Positions 17,767-28,009 of a DNA stretch of 36,917 nucleotides are shown here, in pieces (positions within the stretch are counted from its first letter, which is position 1; the number at the start of each line of letters is the position of its first letter). The DNA is from an archaeon (GTDB taxonomy: Archaea; Thermoplasmatota; E2; UBA202; JdFR-43): assembly GCA_024275755.1 (NCBI GenBank), contig JAJRYN010000097.1:1-36917 (forward strand). Reading direction: 5' to 3'. Under the pieces are notes generated by a model, which saw only the letters and a program-made list of their open reading frames with translations, searched no databases and was not told the origin of the DNA. A program made the position numbers and the translations under genes.

Positions 17767-18789
17767 TCACCTTCTAACAGGATTCCCTATTTGCTTTCTG
17801 GGATAGCCAACTGGCAATGGCTTATTCCATATTTTTTCATCCTCTATAACAGCATTTTTTCCTATTTTTTCTCCTTCGCCCACAACAACATTCTTTAGCC
17901 TAGCGTTTTCCTCAATGATGCAGTTATCAGCGACAATGCAATTTTCCATTCGAACATTTTTTTCTATAACACAGCCATCATAAATTATACATGAGTTAAG
18001 CATGACCCCTTCATGAATTATACATCTGTCGCCAATGGTGCTTTCTCTCAATTTTCCTTTAATTTCGCTTTTTCCAGCAAAATATTTCAGTCCTTTCTTT
18101 TTCAGTAATACCCTCGTAGCTTCTATATAGCTACTGTGCCTTCCCACATCAATCCAGTAGCCATCAAAAGTATAGCCATAAAATGGCTTTCCATCATCAA
18201 TGATTTTTGGAAATACTTCCATTTCCATTGAAACAAATTTTTTTGGTGGTATGTAATCCAAAACTTCTGCTTCCATACAATATGCTCCAGCATTTATCAA
18301 GTTGCTTGGCGCTTCATGGCGAGGTGGCTTTTCAACAAATCTCATTATTCTTCCATCTGGCTGAAGATCAACGACGCCATATTCCTCAACATTCTTAACA
18401 GGCCATAAAGATATGGTAACAAATGCTTTCTTTTTCATATGATACTGAATGAATTTGCGCATGTTAAGCGAAGAGATGATATCGCTGTTTAAAACAAGGA
18501 ATGCACCATCTATATATTTCTCGGCATTTTTAACTGCTCCTGCTGTGCCAAGTGGCTTCTCCTCCTTAACAACCATTGCGTTTATTCCATTTTCATCAAA
18601 ATACTCCTGTAACTGCTCATTTTTATAATTGGCGGCAACAATAACCTCGACACCATTTGGTAATGCTTCTATTAAATAACTGATCATGGGTTTGTTGAGC
18701 AATGGCAGCATGGGCTTTGCCTTTGTATAAGTCAAGGGAGCTAACCTTGTCCCATAGCCACCCGCCAGTATTATTGCCTGCATGGTCAT
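17767..18789 (-). CDS. Sugar-1-phosphate nucleotidylyltransferase (NTP_transferase plus left-handed beta-helix C-terminus)
   Basis: AIILAGGYGTRLAPLTYTKAKPMLPL, PLGTAGAV, EKP. C-terminal hexapeptide-like repeats (IGDRCIIHEGVMLNSCIIYDGCVIEKNVRMENCIVADNCIIEENARL). Lies 7 nt upstream of speE. Confidence 0.8.
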   Translation of the reverse strand: MTMQAIILAGGYGTRLAPLTYTKAKPMLPLLNKPMISYLIEALPNGVEVIVAANYKNEQLQEYFDENGINAMVVKEEKPLGTAGAVKNAEKYIDGAFLVLNSDIISSLNMRKFIQYHMKKKAFVTISLWPVKNVEEYGVVDLQPDGRIMRFVEKPPRHEAPSNLINAGAYCMEAEVLDYIPPKKFVSMEMEVFPKIIDDGKPFYGYTFDGYWIDVGRHSSYIEATRVLLKKKGLKYFAGKSEIKGKLRESTIGDRCIIHEGVMLNSCIIYDGCVIEKNVRMENCIVADNCIIEENARLKNVVVGEGEKIGKNAVIEDEKIWNKPLPVGYPRKQIGNPVRR

Positions 18790-18829
18790 AGAATAAATAA
18801 GGATTTAAATAGATTGCATATTAACGAGC

Positions 18830-20110
18830 ATGCAGGAGGAGGGTTATTCCATCCAACCAGCAAAAAAAAGAATTTTCACCTTTTTTGACCTCTTTGCCAT
18901 ATGGCTTGGAGCTGGCATTAGTATTGCTGAATTCTGGGCTGGCGCTTTGCTAACCCCTGCTTTACCATTTCTTCACGCTATCCTTGTCATAATTATCGGA
19001 CATATCATAGGAAATTTGGTTATGGCTGCAATAGCTATTCCAGGCTATCAGACAGGACTGCCAACAATGGTACTGGCGAGAGGAGCTTTAGGAATCAAAG
19101 GCTCCTTTCTGCCTTCAGGGTTGAATTATTTACAGCTCATAGGATGGACTGCTATAATGCTGATAGTTGGAGCAAAAGCAATGGATGTTGTTTTTCATGG
19201 CTATTATTATGTATGGATTGTTCTTCTTGGCTTAATAGTGACAGCATGGGCTTTTGTCAGCCCCTCCATATGGGAAAAGCTGGAGAAGGTGGCTGCTGCT
19301 CTGCTTCTTGCTCTAAGCATATGGCTCACATATGTAACGCTAACAAGATTTTCCATGGAAGAGCTTTTTCATTATAAGGCAACGAAAGAAATTGGCATAA
19401 TGCTCGCCTTGGATTTAGTTATTGCCATGCCTCTTTCATGGGCCCCCTTGATTGCTGATTATGCAAGATTCAGTAAAAGCAAAGGAATAGCTTTCTGGGG
19501 GACTTACATTGGCTACTTCATTTCTAGCAGCTTATTCTATTTCATAGGAAGCTTAACCAATGCCGCCATTGGAGAGGCAGATCCGATAAGCATAATCGCC
19601 TCCTATGGTATAGGAATTCCGGCAATGCTCATAATAATGTTTTCCACAGCAACAACAACATTTCTTGATGTTTACTCTGCTGCAATAACATTCAAAAATA
19701 TAAAGCCCGCCGCCAGCGCAAAAAAGCAGATTGTTATAGTTGGCTTAGCTGGCATAATAATTGCTTTGCTATTACCAATGGAAAAATATGAGAGTTTCTT
19801 GCTGTTAATAGGAGGAGCATTTGTTTCTTTAACTGCCATAATGATTGCCGACTACTTTATCATAAAGAAAAGATATGATGCAGATGAATTGCTGAAGGAG
19901 GGAGGGAAATACTGGTACAAGAACGGATATAACTATAAAGCCATTGCAGCATGGATTATTGGCTTTGTCTTTTACATCCTGCTAGCTTTTGAAGGGCTCA
20001 TTGGATACACAATTCCTCTCTTTTCCTCATTTGGATATTTTGTTGGCTCATCCATCCCAACTTTCTTGCTCACGTTTGCTCTGTATTCATTAATGAGCAT
20101 GAAAGGATAG
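18830..20110 (+). CDS. cytX: NCS1-type permease, candidate hydroxymethylpyrimidine/thiamine-precursor transporter (CytX-like)
   Basis: 426-aa ORF with ~12 hydrophobic helices. The position immediately upstream of thiC-thiDN suggests a pyrimidine-moiety transporter. The family call rests on overall look plus context only. Confidence 0.6.
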   Translation: MQEEGYSIQPAKKRIFTFFDLFAIWLGAGISIAEFWAGALLTPALPFLHAILVIIIGHIIGNLVMAAIAIPGYQTGLPTMVLARGALGIKGSFLPSGLNYLQLIGWTAIMLIVGAKAMDVVFHGYYYVWIVLLGLIVTAWAFVSPSIWEKLEKVAAALLLALSIWLTYVTLTRFSMEELFHYKATKEIGIMLALDLVIAMPLSWAPLIADYARFSKSKGIAFWGTYIGYFISSSLFYFIGSLTNAAIGEADPISIIASYGIGIPAMLIIMFSTATTTFLDVYSAAITFKNIKPAASAKKQIVIVGLAGIIIALLLPMEKYESFLLLIGGAFVSLTAIMIADYFIIKKRYDADELLKEGGKYWYKNGYNYKAIAAWIIGFVFYILLAFEGLIGYTIPLFSSFGYFVGSSIPTFLLTFALYSLMSMKG

Positions 20111-20181
20111 ATTGCTGCTATTCATCGGTAACATTCTAAATTTCAGCGAAAATTATTCATATAAGGGCAAATTTACCAACG

Positions 20182-21468
20182 ATGACTTTAATGGAGGAGG
20201 CAAAAAAAGGTATAATTGGCAGGGAAATAAAGGAAGTTGCAAAAGCGGAAGGAATAGACGCAGAAATTGTAAGGAGAAGGGTAGCTGCTGGAAAAGTTGT
20301 TATTCCTTGCAATCCAATTCATTCTCCTAAGCCTTTAGGAATAGGAAAAGGATTGCGTGTCAAAGTTAATGCAAATATTGGCACTTCGAGAGAATATATA
20401 AATATTGATGAAGAGGTAGAAAAAGCAAAGGTTGCTATAGAAGCTGGAGCCCACGCTGTAATGGATTTATCTACTGGTGGCAACCTGGATGAAACAAGGA
20501 AAAGATTGCTTGAAGTTGTGAATGTGCCTTTTGGAACTGTGCCAATATATCAGGCTGCTGTGGAGGCAATAAAAAAGCATGGAGCAATTGTTGATATGAG
20601 CGAAGATGATATGTTCAATGCTTTTGAAAAACATGCTAAGCAAGGTGTTGATTTTACCGTCGCCCATGTAGGCATTACAAAGGAGAGCGTTGCCCGCCTT
20701 AAAAAACAGCATCGTCTCATTCCAATGGTTTCACGTGGCGGCTCAATTCACATGGCATGGATTATTCATAATGGCGAGGAGAATCCGTTGTACAAAAATT
20801 TTGATTATTTGCTGGAAATAGCAAAAGAATATGACTTAACTTTAAGCTTGGGAGATGGCCTGCGTTCTGGCGCAATTCATGATTCAAATGATAGGGCTAA
20901 GCTACAGGAACTGTTAATAATAGGTGAACTCGTTGAAAAAGCAAGAGAAGCTGGCGTACAAAGCATGGTTGAGGGGCCAGGCCATATGCCATTAAACCAT
21001 ATTGAAGCAAACATAAGAATAATGAAAACTGTAACAAAAGAGGCTCCTTATTTTGTTCTTGGTCCTTTAGTTACAGATATAGCTCCTGGTTATGATCATT
21101 TTGTAGGCGGAATAGGAGGAGCAATAGCTGGCTATTATGGAGCTGATTTCTTATGCTATGTTACTCCAGCAGAACATCTTTGCCTGCCAAACGTGGAAGA
21201 TGTGAGGCAGGGAGTAATAGCAACCCGTATCGCCGCTCATGCTGCAGATTTAGCAAGAGGCATAGATTTGGAGATTGATAGAGAATTTTCCGAGGCAAGA
21301 AGACAGTTAAACTGGGAAAAGATGTTCAGCTTGTGCATTGATGCAGAAAAAGCAAGAGAATACAGGCAGAAGAGATTGCCAGTTGAAGAAATTAAAGCGT
21401 GCTCAATGTGCGGGAGATTTTGCGCAATTGAAATTGTTGAAAAATATTTAGGTGATGAAAATGTTTAA
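20182..21468 (+). CDS. thiC: Phosphomethylpyrimidine synthase ThiC
   Basis: [58 protein letters not shown] and C-terminal CSMCGRFCA (Fe-S cluster motif). Confidence 0.93.
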   Translation: MTLMEEAKKGIIGREIKEVAKAEGIDAEIVRRRVAAGKVVIPCNPIHSPKPLGIGKGLRVKVNANIGTSREYINIDEEVEKAKVAIEAGAHAVMDLSTGGNLDETRKRLLEVVNVPFGTVPIYQAAVEAIKKHGAIVDMSEDDMFNAFEKHAKQGVDFTVAHVGITKESVARLKKQHRLIPMVSRGGSIHMAWIIHNGEENPLYKNFDYLLEIAKEYDLTLSLGDGLRSGAIHDSNDRAKLQELLIIGELVEKAREAGVQSMVEGPGHMPLNHIEANIRIMKTVTKEAPYFVLGPLVTDIAPGYDHFVGGIGGAIAGYYGADFLCYVTPAEHLCLPNVEDVRQGVIATRIAAHAADLARGIDLEIDREFSEARRQLNWEKMFSLCIDAEKAREYRQKRLPVEEIKACSMCGRFCAIEIVEKYLGDENV

Positions 21469-22780
21469 GGCGTTAACTATAGCTGGAAGTGACAGCGGAG
21501 GAGGAGCTGGCATAGAAGCTGATTTGAAAACATTCGCCGCTTTTGGCGTGCATGGGATGGCTGCTATAACTTCTGTTACAGCTCAGAATACAATTAGCGT
21601 GGAAGCCATTCATGATTTGCCCCCCGCGATGGTAAAAAAGCAGATTGAATGTGTGGCAAAGGATATAGGCGTGGATGCTGCAAAAACTGGCATGTTAAGC
21701 AATGAAAAGATAATAAAGGCTGTTGCTTCAGCCATCACCAAATATGATTTTCCTGTCGTCGTTGATCCAGTGATGATTGCAAAAAGCGGCGCCTATTTGC
21801 TTAAGGAAGATGCCATAGACACTTTTGTTAGATATATCGTTCCTCTCGCTTATGTTATCACCCCAAACAGGCATGAGGCAGAAAGGCTTAGTGGCATCAA
21901 AATAAAAAGCAAAGAAGATGTGAGAAAGGCTGCAAAGGAAATCAAAAAAATGGGGGCTGAAGCGGTGATAATAAAAGGTGGTCACATTGGCAGGAGTGCA
22001 ACTGATTTGTTATATTACAAAAGAAAATTTTTTGAATATAAAGGCAAAAGAATAAAAGGCTGTACACATGGTACTGGGTGTAGTTTTTCTGCTGCTATAA
22101 CGGCAAATCTAGCAAAGGGTTACGAGCTTAAAGAAGCAGTTAAAATAGCAAAGGAGTTTATTACAACAGCCATTCAATATGGTGTAAAAATTGGGCACGG
22201 GCATTGCCCTGTCAATCCCAATGCATGGCTCGCCATTGCAGCAGAAAGATGGAGAGTATATGAGGAATTGAAGAATGCGGTAGATTTGCTCGTCAACATG
22301 GATATTGTCGATTTCATTCCCGAAGTTGGCATGAATTTTGCCTATGCTTTGCCTTATCCATATGCCAGAAGTATGGAAGATGTTGCAGCAATAGAAGGAA
22401 GAATAGTTAAAGCAGGGAAAAAAGCAAGGGTTGGAGAAATAGCATTTGGAGCTTCTCGTCATCTAGCAAAAGCTGTTCTGAAAACAATGGAGTATGATAA
22501 TGCTATAAGAGCTGTTATGAACATAAGATTTGATAGAAAATTAGTGAATAAGGCAAAGAGGAAATTCATCGTTTCCTTCTATAACCGCCAGGAAGAGCCT
22601 CTAGAGATAAAGGCAAAAGAAGGAGCTACAGTCCCATGGGGGATTGAAACAGCGATAAAAAGAATTGGCAAAGTTCCAGACATTATATATCATGAAGGCG
22701 ATGTGGGCAAAGAACCGATGATTCTGATTTTCGGAAGGAATCCAAGAGAAGTGCTTAAAAAGTTCGAAATGCTGAGATAA
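21461..22780 (+). CDS. thiDN: Bifunctional HMP/HMP-P kinase (ThiD) fused to archaeal thiamine-phosphate synthase domain (ThiN)
   Basis: ThiD part: [61 protein letters not shown]. An additional ~170-aa C-terminal domain fits archaeal ThiDN fusions. GGTGA lies 5 nt before ATG 21461; the ORF is open from GTG 21452. Confidence 0.85.
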   Translation: MFKALTIAGSDSGGGAGIEADLKTFAAFGVHGMAAITSVTAQNTISVEAIHDLPPAMVKKQIECVAKDIGVDAAKTGMLSNEKIIKAVASAITKYDFPVVVDPVMIAKSGAYLLKEDAIDTFVRYIVPLAYVITPNRHEAERLSGIKIKSKEDVRKAAKEIKKMGAEAVIIKGGHIGRSATDLLYYKRKFFEYKGKRIKGCTHGTGCSFSAAITANLAKGYELKEAVKIAKEFITTAIQYGVKIGHGHCPVNPNAWLAIAAERWRVYEELKNAVDLLVNMDIVDFIPEVGMNFAYALPYPYARSMEDVAAIEGRIVKAGKKARVGEIAFGASRHLAKAVLKTMEYDNAIRAVMNIRFDRKLVNKAKRKFIVSFYNRQEEPLEIKAKEGATVPWGIETAIKRIGKVPDIIYHEGDVGKEPMILIFGRNPREVLKKFEMLR

Positions 22781-22816
22781 ATCGGAATGTTTTTAATTTT
22801 GCCCGGATAGCAGAAC

Positions 22817-23260
22817 ATGTACATAAGTGTTATTGGCGGAGAGCATTGCAGTAAAGAAATTTATGAAATGGCAAGGGAAGTTGGAAGAAGAATAGCAGAA
22901 ATGGGAGCAGTTTTAATAACAGGAGGAAGAGGCGGCGTCATGGAAGCAGCCTCCAAAGGAGCAAAGGAAAAAGGCGGCACAACAATAGGCATCCTTCCAA
23001 GTGATTCGAGGCAAGAAGGAAATAAATATCTGGATTATGCAATAGTAACTGGCATAGGCTATGCAAGAAATGTTCTGGTTGTTCTGAATGGAGATATTAT
23101 AATTGCTATCGATGGCCATTATGGTACACTATCTGAAATTGCATTTGCTCTTGAATTTGGAAAGCCAGTGTATGGCTTAATGAGCTGGGAAGTAGGCATT
23201 AAAAACTTCAATAATGTGGATGAGCTATTCGAAGAAATAAAAAGGGATTTGGCAGAATAA
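22817..23260 (+). CDS. TIGR00725/LOG-like (SLOG, 'lysine decarboxylase-like') protein
   Basis: ISVIGG, LITGGRGGVMEAASKGAKEKGGTTIGILP, GIGYARN, AIDGHYGTLSEIAFAL. Confidence 0.75.
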   Translation: MYISVIGGEHCSKEIYEMAREVGRRIAEMGAVLITGGRGGVMEAASKGAKEKGGTTIGILPSDSRQEGNKYLDYAIVTGIGYARNVLVVLNGDIIIAIDGHYGTLSEIAFALEFGKPVYGLMSWEVGIKNFNNVDELFEEIKRDLAE

Positions 23261-23308
23261 TATGTACATTTTCAGCAAATAGCATTCTCCCCCATTTCAT
23301 TAACCACA

Positions 23309-23713
23309 TCATCTTATCACCATCCTTCCTACAAGATATTCTTCAATTATTTCCTTAAATTTTTCAAAACCTATAGAGCGTGGAATAATCAATTTTGCTC
23401 CTGCATCCAGTAGTTTTTTCGCTTTTTCTGTTCCATAAAATGCTGTGAAGCCAAATATAATTGCATCCTCATCAATCTGTAAAATCTCCTTTGTTGCTTC
23501 TATACCATCTTTAAATGGTAAGCCGATATCCATTATCACAATGTCTGGTCTTTTCCCACTTTCCATTAAAACACTGTATTTTTTAACGGCTTCAATGCCA
23601 TCAGATGCAAAAAATACCTCTATGCCAATAGAGGAAAGATGCCTTCTAATTAAATCCTGAATGAATTGATCATCTTCCGCAACTAATACCACACCTAGTG
23701 ATTTTGATAGCAT
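23309..23713 (-). CDS. Stand-alone response-regulator receiver (Arg at the conserved Lys position)
   Basis: VLVAEDDQF, IVIMDIGLP, FGFTAF, LIIPRS. Confidence 0.8.
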   Translation of the reverse strand: MLSKSLGVVLVAEDDQFIQDLIRRHLSSIGIEVFFASDGIEAVKKYSVLMESGKRPDIVIMDIGLPFKDGIEATKEILQIDEDAIIFGFTAFYGTEKAKKLLDAGAKLIIPRSIGFEKFKEIIEEYLVGRMVIR

Positions 23714-23749
23714 AATGCTATCAAAATAAAAAAGAGTATATAAACCTTT

Positions 23750-24085
23750 CTATTTCTTATTAGCCTTTTTTCTTGCCTTTAATTCAGCCTTTATTTTCTT
23801 TTTTTCTAATTTCAGTTTCTCTTTCTCGGCAATAAATTTCAATTTTTCTTTCTCCAAATCAACAGGCAACTCTTTTTCAGCAATAAGAGCATGACTATAT
23901 CTATAAGTCTGCAGTAAGGCAATTAGAATATATGCAACAAGAATAAAGATAACAGGCAGTGAAATTATGTTGGGGATAAAAACAAAATATCTTATTGCGA
24001 GAAATACCGAAAGCAAGCCTAGGCCAGCCCATGCATGATGCCGATACCACTCATATTTTTTTCTGCTAGACAAGCTTTCCACCAT
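23750..24085 (-). CDS. Small 2-TM membrane protein with Lys/Glu-rich coiled-coil tail
   Basis: TM helices AWAGLGLLSVFLAIRYFVF and LPVIFILVAYILIALL. Tail: EKEKLKFIAEKEKLKLEKKKIKAELKARKKANKK. Its ATG lies 20 nt inside the upstream HerA-like gene. No family recognised. Confidence 0.5.
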   Translation of the reverse strand: MVESLSSRKKYEWYRHHAWAGLGLLSVFLAIRYFVFIPNIISLPVIFILVAYILIALLQTYRYSHALIAEKELPVDLEKEKLKFIAEKEKLKLEKKKIKAELKARKKANKK

Positions 24086-25415
24086 GTAATGTCTCTCTTG
24101 GTCTTATTTCAACAAAAATCGGCGCCGCCAGTGGCAAACCAGCTACGATGGCTATGCCTACAGGTAACATTTGAATTTCATCAGCTGCTTTTGCATCCAA
24201 GCCTTCGACGCTTGCTACTATCGCTTTCAAATCGTTTGGATTTGTTGTCTTTAATATGATATGGGTGTTGCATTGAGAGAGTACATTTTTATCGACACGC
24301 GCTGCTCTCTGGCTTAATATGGCAAGTCCCATTCCAAATTTTCTTCCTTCTGAGGCAATTGTTCTTATTATATCCCCAGCAAAACTTTTCCCCTGCCCTC
24401 TCTCTGGCGCATATCTGTGAGCCTCCTCTATGACTATCAAAACAGGAGGAATTGCACCATTTTTTCTTTCCTCAAAAATTTTTGTTAATAGTATGGCAAC
24501 TAAAATTTCCTGAATATATGGCGGTACTCCTCTCAAATTAATTATGGAACATCTCCCTTTTCTAACAATCTCACCTAATGGCGTATAATTTACAGAAAAC
24601 AAATTCATTGAAATAATTTGTTCTATCTGAGGAATCAAATTCCATTTTGCATTGCTCTTTGCATCTCTTATTCCTTCAAGAATGTCCTTGAGCAAATAAA
24701 TTTTCTTTTCTGTCGCTTTCTTATATGCTTCATATAAAACACCTTTTTGCTGTGATGTGGCATTTGGCAGCAGATTCAGCAAATCTTGGAATGAGAGGTT
24801 TGTTTCGTCAAGATAAAGAGGTATTGCCTCCCTGTTTTTACTGCAAACTGGGGCAAATTCGTAAACATTTTTTGTATAGCCTTTTGGCCTTATACCAAAT
24901 CTTCTCATTGCCGCCATATCATTTTTATCCAGATTCGGCCTTCTCAAAGAAACATATTCTCCATGTGGGTCTATTATGACAATAGGGATATTTCTCTTTA
25001 TAAATTCCTCTGCTATTACACCCATTGTATAACTTTTGCCACTCCCGCTTTTTGCGAGAATGCATAAATGCTTCTGAATGAGGATGTCAGGAGAAAGATA
25101 GACCCTTACACTTGAATCTTTAATGACACCAACATATATGCCATCCTCACCTATTCCCAGGATTTTCTTAGCAAACTTCTCATCTGCTCTATAAACTTTA
25201 CTCCCTATCTTGAAGGGACTTCTCGGCATATATCGCCTGCTTAAAGAACCTATAACATTTGCATATGCAAAGGTTCCGTTGCTCATCTGCTTTACTTCCC
25301 ATATTTGAGCTAAGATATCATCTACTCTCACATAATCATGCTTCCTGACATCCTTCTCAGTCCTGAAAACAAATGATGAAGTGGTGCTCTCCTTAATTTC
25401 TCCAATTTCCTCCAT
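24066..25415 (-). CDS. HerA/FtsK-superfamily ATPase (DUF87-like, HAS-barrel plus P-loop)
   Basis: N-terminal barrel-like region. Walker A ILAKSGSGKSYTMG, IIDPHGEY, Walker B VLIVIEEAHRYAP, and EGRKFGMGLAILSQR (Arg-finger region typical of HerA-like proteins). Confidence 0.8.
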   Translation of the reverse strand: MEEIGEIKESTTSSFVFRTEKDVRKHDYVRVDDILAQIWEVKQMSNGTFAYANVIGSLSRRYMPRSPFKIGSKVYRADEKFAKKILGIGEDGIYVGVIKDSSVRVYLSPDILIQKHLCILAKSGSGKSYTMGVIAEEFIKRNIPIVIIDPHGEYVSLRRPNLDKNDMAAMRRFGIRPKGYTKNVYEFAPVCSKNREAIPLYLDETNLSFQDLLNLLPNATSQQKGVLYEAYKKATEKKIYLLKDILEGIRDAKSNAKWNLIPQIEQIISMNLFSVNYTPLGEIVRKGRCSIINLRGVPPYIQEILVAILLTKIFEERKNGAIPPVLIVIEEAHRYAPERGQGKSFAGDIIRTIASEGRKFGMGLAILSQRAARVDKNVLSQCNTHIILKTTNPNDLKAIVASVEGLDAKAADEIQMLPVGIAIVAGLPLAAPIFVEIRPRETLHGGKLV

Positions 25416-26188
25416 TATCCTATATATCTCAAATCTTCTTTGCGTTCTTTTTCCGCCAATGTTTTCTCAAGATTTCTTATCCTGTCTGTAATTTTTTTGA
25501 CTTCTTCCGCCTTCTCGTCCAGTCTGGCAAAGCTTATCTTTATGCCTAGCATCTTTGTCAATACCTTTATCACTTCTCTCGCTGAATTTGGATCAACTAT
25601 ATAGCCAGATGTTTCACCCATTAAACACGCTCCTCTCAAGCCACGTAGCATGCCAAGGCCAAGCAATAAGCCGGATGCTCCAATGATTCCCCCTCCTTCT
25701 TCTCCTTTGAATATCACGCCATATTTTTTTAATTCTTCAACTATTTCCGGATGAGTTGCAGCTCCAGTGACACGTGGTTTCTCAACTTCCATGCCTATTC
25801 CATAGCCCCCTAGTGTATAAATCATGCTTGCTCCAAATTCTTCTGCTATATCTAAAACGGCTTCTGCAAGAATATACTGTCCTTTGGGACTCATTCCCTG
25901 AAAATCGCCTGTGAGTATAATTAAATCCTTTCCTTTCCTTGACCTTTTGTAATATAACTCATTCTTAACAAGCCTTATTGTACCATCTGCATTCACAAAT
26001 ACCTGTGGAGGGAAATCAGTGGAATATATTTCTGCAAATTTTTTTGCTTTAATTTCATCTATCAAATGCTCTGCCGCCAGCTTGCCGACATTGCCAACGC
26101 CTGGCAGCCCTTCTATTAACACAGGCTCTTTCAGCTTAGGCTTTTCGAAATAAACAACAGTTGCCTCCTTAATTCTTATTTTTTCCAT
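25415..26188 (-). CDS. PAC2-family protein (proteasome-assembly-chaperone-like, COG1938)
   Basis: [32 protein letters not shown] and GASGLLLG fit the archaeal PAC2/PbaA-B pattern. TAA shares 1 nt with the downstream ATG. Confidence 0.75.
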   Translation of the reverse strand: MEKIRIKEATVVYFEKPKLKEPVLIEGLPGVGNVGKLAAEHLIDEIKAKKFAEIYSTDFPPQVFVNADGTIRLVKNELYYKRSRKGKDLIILTGDFQGMSPKGQYILAEAVLDIAEEFGASMIYTLGGYGIGMEVEKPRVTGAATHPEIVEELKKYGVIFKGEEGGGIIGASGLLLGLGMLRGLRGACLMGETSGYIVDPNSAREVIKVLTKMLGIKISFARLDEKAEEVKKITDRIRNLEKTLAEKERKEDLRYIG

Positions 26189-26337
26189 TTTCTTTCCTCC
26201 TTTTTCAACATCCTCCTATATTTTCCATACTTATCCTGTGGAGAGAAGCGAGGCGGTTCCTTTTTATATGCCCTCTCTCCACAAACAGGGCAGATATCCT
26301 TTAAAGTATATCTCTTGCATTTATAACAGTATTTCAT
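26176..26337 (-). CDS. nop10: H/ACA RNP protein Nop10 (hand-found, below ORF-track cut-off)
   Basis: [46 protein letters not shown]... has a Zn-ribbon plus the [14 protein letters not shown] signature. Its ATG overlaps the aIF2alpha stop (ATGA), and its stop lies 13 nt inside the PAC2 gene. Confidence 0.85.
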   Translation of the reverse strand: MKYCYKCKRYTLKDICPVCGERAYKKEPPRFSPQDKYGKYRRMLKKEERKWKK

Positions 26338-27113
26338 TTTAATTCTCTCATGAATTTTGCTGTGCCGCCGTGCTTTTTAATATACTCTATACTTTTTTCT
26401 ACCCTAGCTTTCAATTCCTTTTCTGCTGACTTATAATCGGGGGCTTTTACTTCTATTCTGTATAAAGGCGCTGATATGTATCTAACCTCTATTTTAATTT
26501 CATCCTTCTCACCTTCTATCATTTCCAGTGCTTTTTTGATATGCTTTATTCCATCAGGCAAAGGACAAGTCATCTCAACATATCCCTTTATTTCAACATA
26601 TGGAACCGCAATGTTTTCCTTTGCTATTTCCACAAAAACATCAATCCATTCGCCGCTGAAACCCTCTTCTTCCAGAACTTTTTCTTTTCTGGCTGCCTCT
26701 TCAAAAGCAGTATACAAACTTCCAAATTTTTTAATTAACTCATAACCAAATTTTTCGAAACACTCTTCAAGAGTGAATCCGACTCTTTTCCCCACCATTT
26801 CAAGCAACTTCTTTGCCTTCTGCTCATTTTTCCACTGTTGTATTTTTTCTCTTCTCTGATGCTCATTAACTCTTTTCAAAGATAAGTCAACATATCCTTT
26901 AGATGGATCAATGTCCATTACCTTGCAGACTATTCGCTGTCCCTCTCTAACATGGTCTCTGATATTTTTAACCCATCCTGGGGCTACTTCTTTTATGTGT
27001 ATGAATCCTCTCTTACCTGGATATTCTTCAAGCTCCACAAAAGCCCCAAATCCCTTTGCTTTAGTTACAGTGCATACAACTAGCTCCCCTTTTTCTGGTA
27101 AATCTTTAAGCAT
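26334..27113 (-). CDS. eif2a: Translation initiation factor aIF2 alpha subunit
   Basis: The S1 domain ([47 protein letters not shown]...VDLSLKRV) followed by helical and alpha-beta domains is typical of aIF2alpha. Confidence 0.92.
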   Translation of the reverse strand: MLKDLPEKGELVVCTVTKAKGFGAFVELEEYPGKRGFIHIKEVAPGWVKNIRDHVREGQRIVCKVMDIDPSKGYVDLSLKRVNEHQRREKIQQWKNEQKAKKLLEMVGKRVGFTLEECFEKFGYELIKKFGSLYTAFEEAARKEKVLEEEGFSGEWIDVFVEIAKENIAVPYVEIKGYVEMTCPLPDGIKHIKKALEMIEGEKDEIKIEVRYISAPLYRIEVKAPDYKSAEKELKARVEKSIEYIKKHGGTAKFMRELK

Positions 27114-27279
27114 GTCTCAATTCCTCTAATATTTCCGCCTTTATTTTCGCCTTCCCGCCTGTGGGCTCTGCCAGCAAAGTGCCACATATATGACATCTCA
27201 CCTGCATGCTTGCCTTGCTAAAAATGATCTGCTCATTATTGCAATCCTTACATTTTACTTTATAAAACGGTGATGCCAT
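27106..27279 (-). CDS. rps27e: Ribosomal protein S27e
   Basis: [46 protein letters not shown] has the C4 zinc-ribbon S27e signature. The longer 27438 start would overlap L44e. Confidence 0.9.
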   Translation of the reverse strand: MASPFYKVKCKDCNNEQIIFSKASMQVRCHICGTLLAEPTGGKAKIKAEILEELRHA

Positions 27280-27283
27280 CTCA

Positions 27284-27562
27284 TCACCTCTTGAATTCGA
27301 ATCTTTTAGCTCTAACGCCCTTCTTCTGGTGAGCTTTTCCACATTCCTTACATCTATAACGGAGGAAAACTCTTTTCGTGGGCTTTTCTCTTCCCTCTGG
27401 CTTCGGACGTGGATAGCCGCCGTAGCCAGATGTAACACGCCTAAATCGGCGCTGTCCCCACTTTAGCTCTGATGCTTTCTTTTTCTTTACTCTTTCTACT
27501 GCATGCTCTGTATGATGCTGGCAGTATGGGCAATATGTTTTTATCACAGGCGGTCGAATCAT
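27284..27562 (-). CDS. rpl44e: Ribosomal protein L44e
   Basis: [20 protein letters not shown]...[12 protein letters not shown]...[27 protein letters not shown]-like box lies ~24 nt upstream of ATG 27562. Confidence 0.9.
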   Translation of the reverse strand: MIRPPVIKTYCPYCQHHTEHAVERVKKKKASELKWGQRRFRRVTSGYGGYPRPKPEGREKPTKRVFLRYRCKECGKAHQKKGVRAKRFEFKR

Positions 27563-27582
27563 GAGATGAAAATAAACAATCA

Positions 27583-27592
27583 TATATAAAAA
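27583..27592 (-). promoter_or_regulatory. TATA-like box in the 36-nt divergent region between rpl44e and the DUF504 gene
   Basis: TATATA core (ATATATAAAA on the + strand) is ~24 nt from rpl44e ATG 27562. Being palindromic, it could serve both directions. Confidence 0.3.
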
Positions 27593-27598
27593 TGGTGG

Positions 27599-27841
27599 TT
27601 GATTTTGAATAAAGTGAAAATAGCGGATTTACTCAACAAGCTTAAGTGGGATGAAAAATATGACTTCAGCAAAGTTAGGATATATTATATAAGCAGAGGA
27701 ATGGTAGATGACACTGATTTTATCACGGGAAATGACATAAAAAGTCTGGGAAAACTTTTCATTGAAACTGAAAGAGGATATATTCCGTATCACAGAATAA
27801 TAAAAATAGAATATGAAGGAAAGAAAATTTATGAAAGGTAA
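27599..27841 (+). CDS. DUF504 / MJ1316-like small protein
   Basis: ~78 aa: [24 protein letters not shown]...[17 protein letters not shown] fits the DUF504 pattern. Start ambiguous: TTG 27599, TTG 27605 (GGTGG lies 6 nt upstream) or GTG 27614. Confidence 0.6.
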   Translation: MILNKVKIADLLNKLKWDEKYDFSKVRIYYISRGMVDDTDFITGNDIKSLGKLFIETERGYIPYHRIIKIEYEGKKIYER

Positions 27842-27853
27842 GGCAAAGTAGCT

Positions 27854-28009
27854 TTATTCCTCCTTCTTGAATTCTGTATAGCCGCAGTTGCCACAGCTTC
27901 TCCTGTCTTTGTGCTCTGCCATAAAAACGCCGGGCCCGCACTTTGGACATTCCTTTCTTTTCCTTACCAATTTTCCATCGACTATTTCATAAAGCTCTCT
28001 CTTATTCAT
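27854..28009 (-). CDS. rps27ae: Ribosomal protein S27ae (hand-found)
   Basis: [51 protein letters not shown] carries the CPxCG...FMA.H.DR..CG.CGYT signature. Its ATG lies 8 nt inside the S24e 3' end. Confidence 0.85.
   Translation of the reverse strand: MNKRELYEIVDGKLVRKRKECPKCGPGVFMAEHKDRRSCGNCGYTEFKKEE

Noticed and set aside
18790-20181. TPP riboswitch upstream of the cytX-like gene or thiC.
   Set aside because: The upstream spacers are only ~40 and ~71 nt. They contain neither the CUGAGA nor the ACCUGAUCUGGAUAAUGCCAGCG-type conserved elements.
20112-20330. 72-aa plus-strand ORF overlapping the thiC start in another frame.
   Set aside because: It has Lys/Arg/Gly/Asn-rich composition and no RBS or motif. 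thiC in the alternative frame is unambiguous.
24066-25415. HerA-like ATPase considered as part of a phage-defence pair (for example HerA with SIR2 or DUF4297 effectors).
   Set aside because: No nuclease, SIR2 or other effector-like gene is adjacent. The neighbours are PAC2, a tiny membrane protein and translation genes, so a defence role is unsupported.
27106-27583. Long versions of the S27e (to 27438) and L44e (to 27583) ORFs.
   Set aside because: The N-terminal extensions overlap the neighbouring conserved gene or add non-conserved residues. Internal ATGs give canonical S27e ([10 protein letters not shown]...) and L44e ([12 protein letters not shown]...) N-termini.
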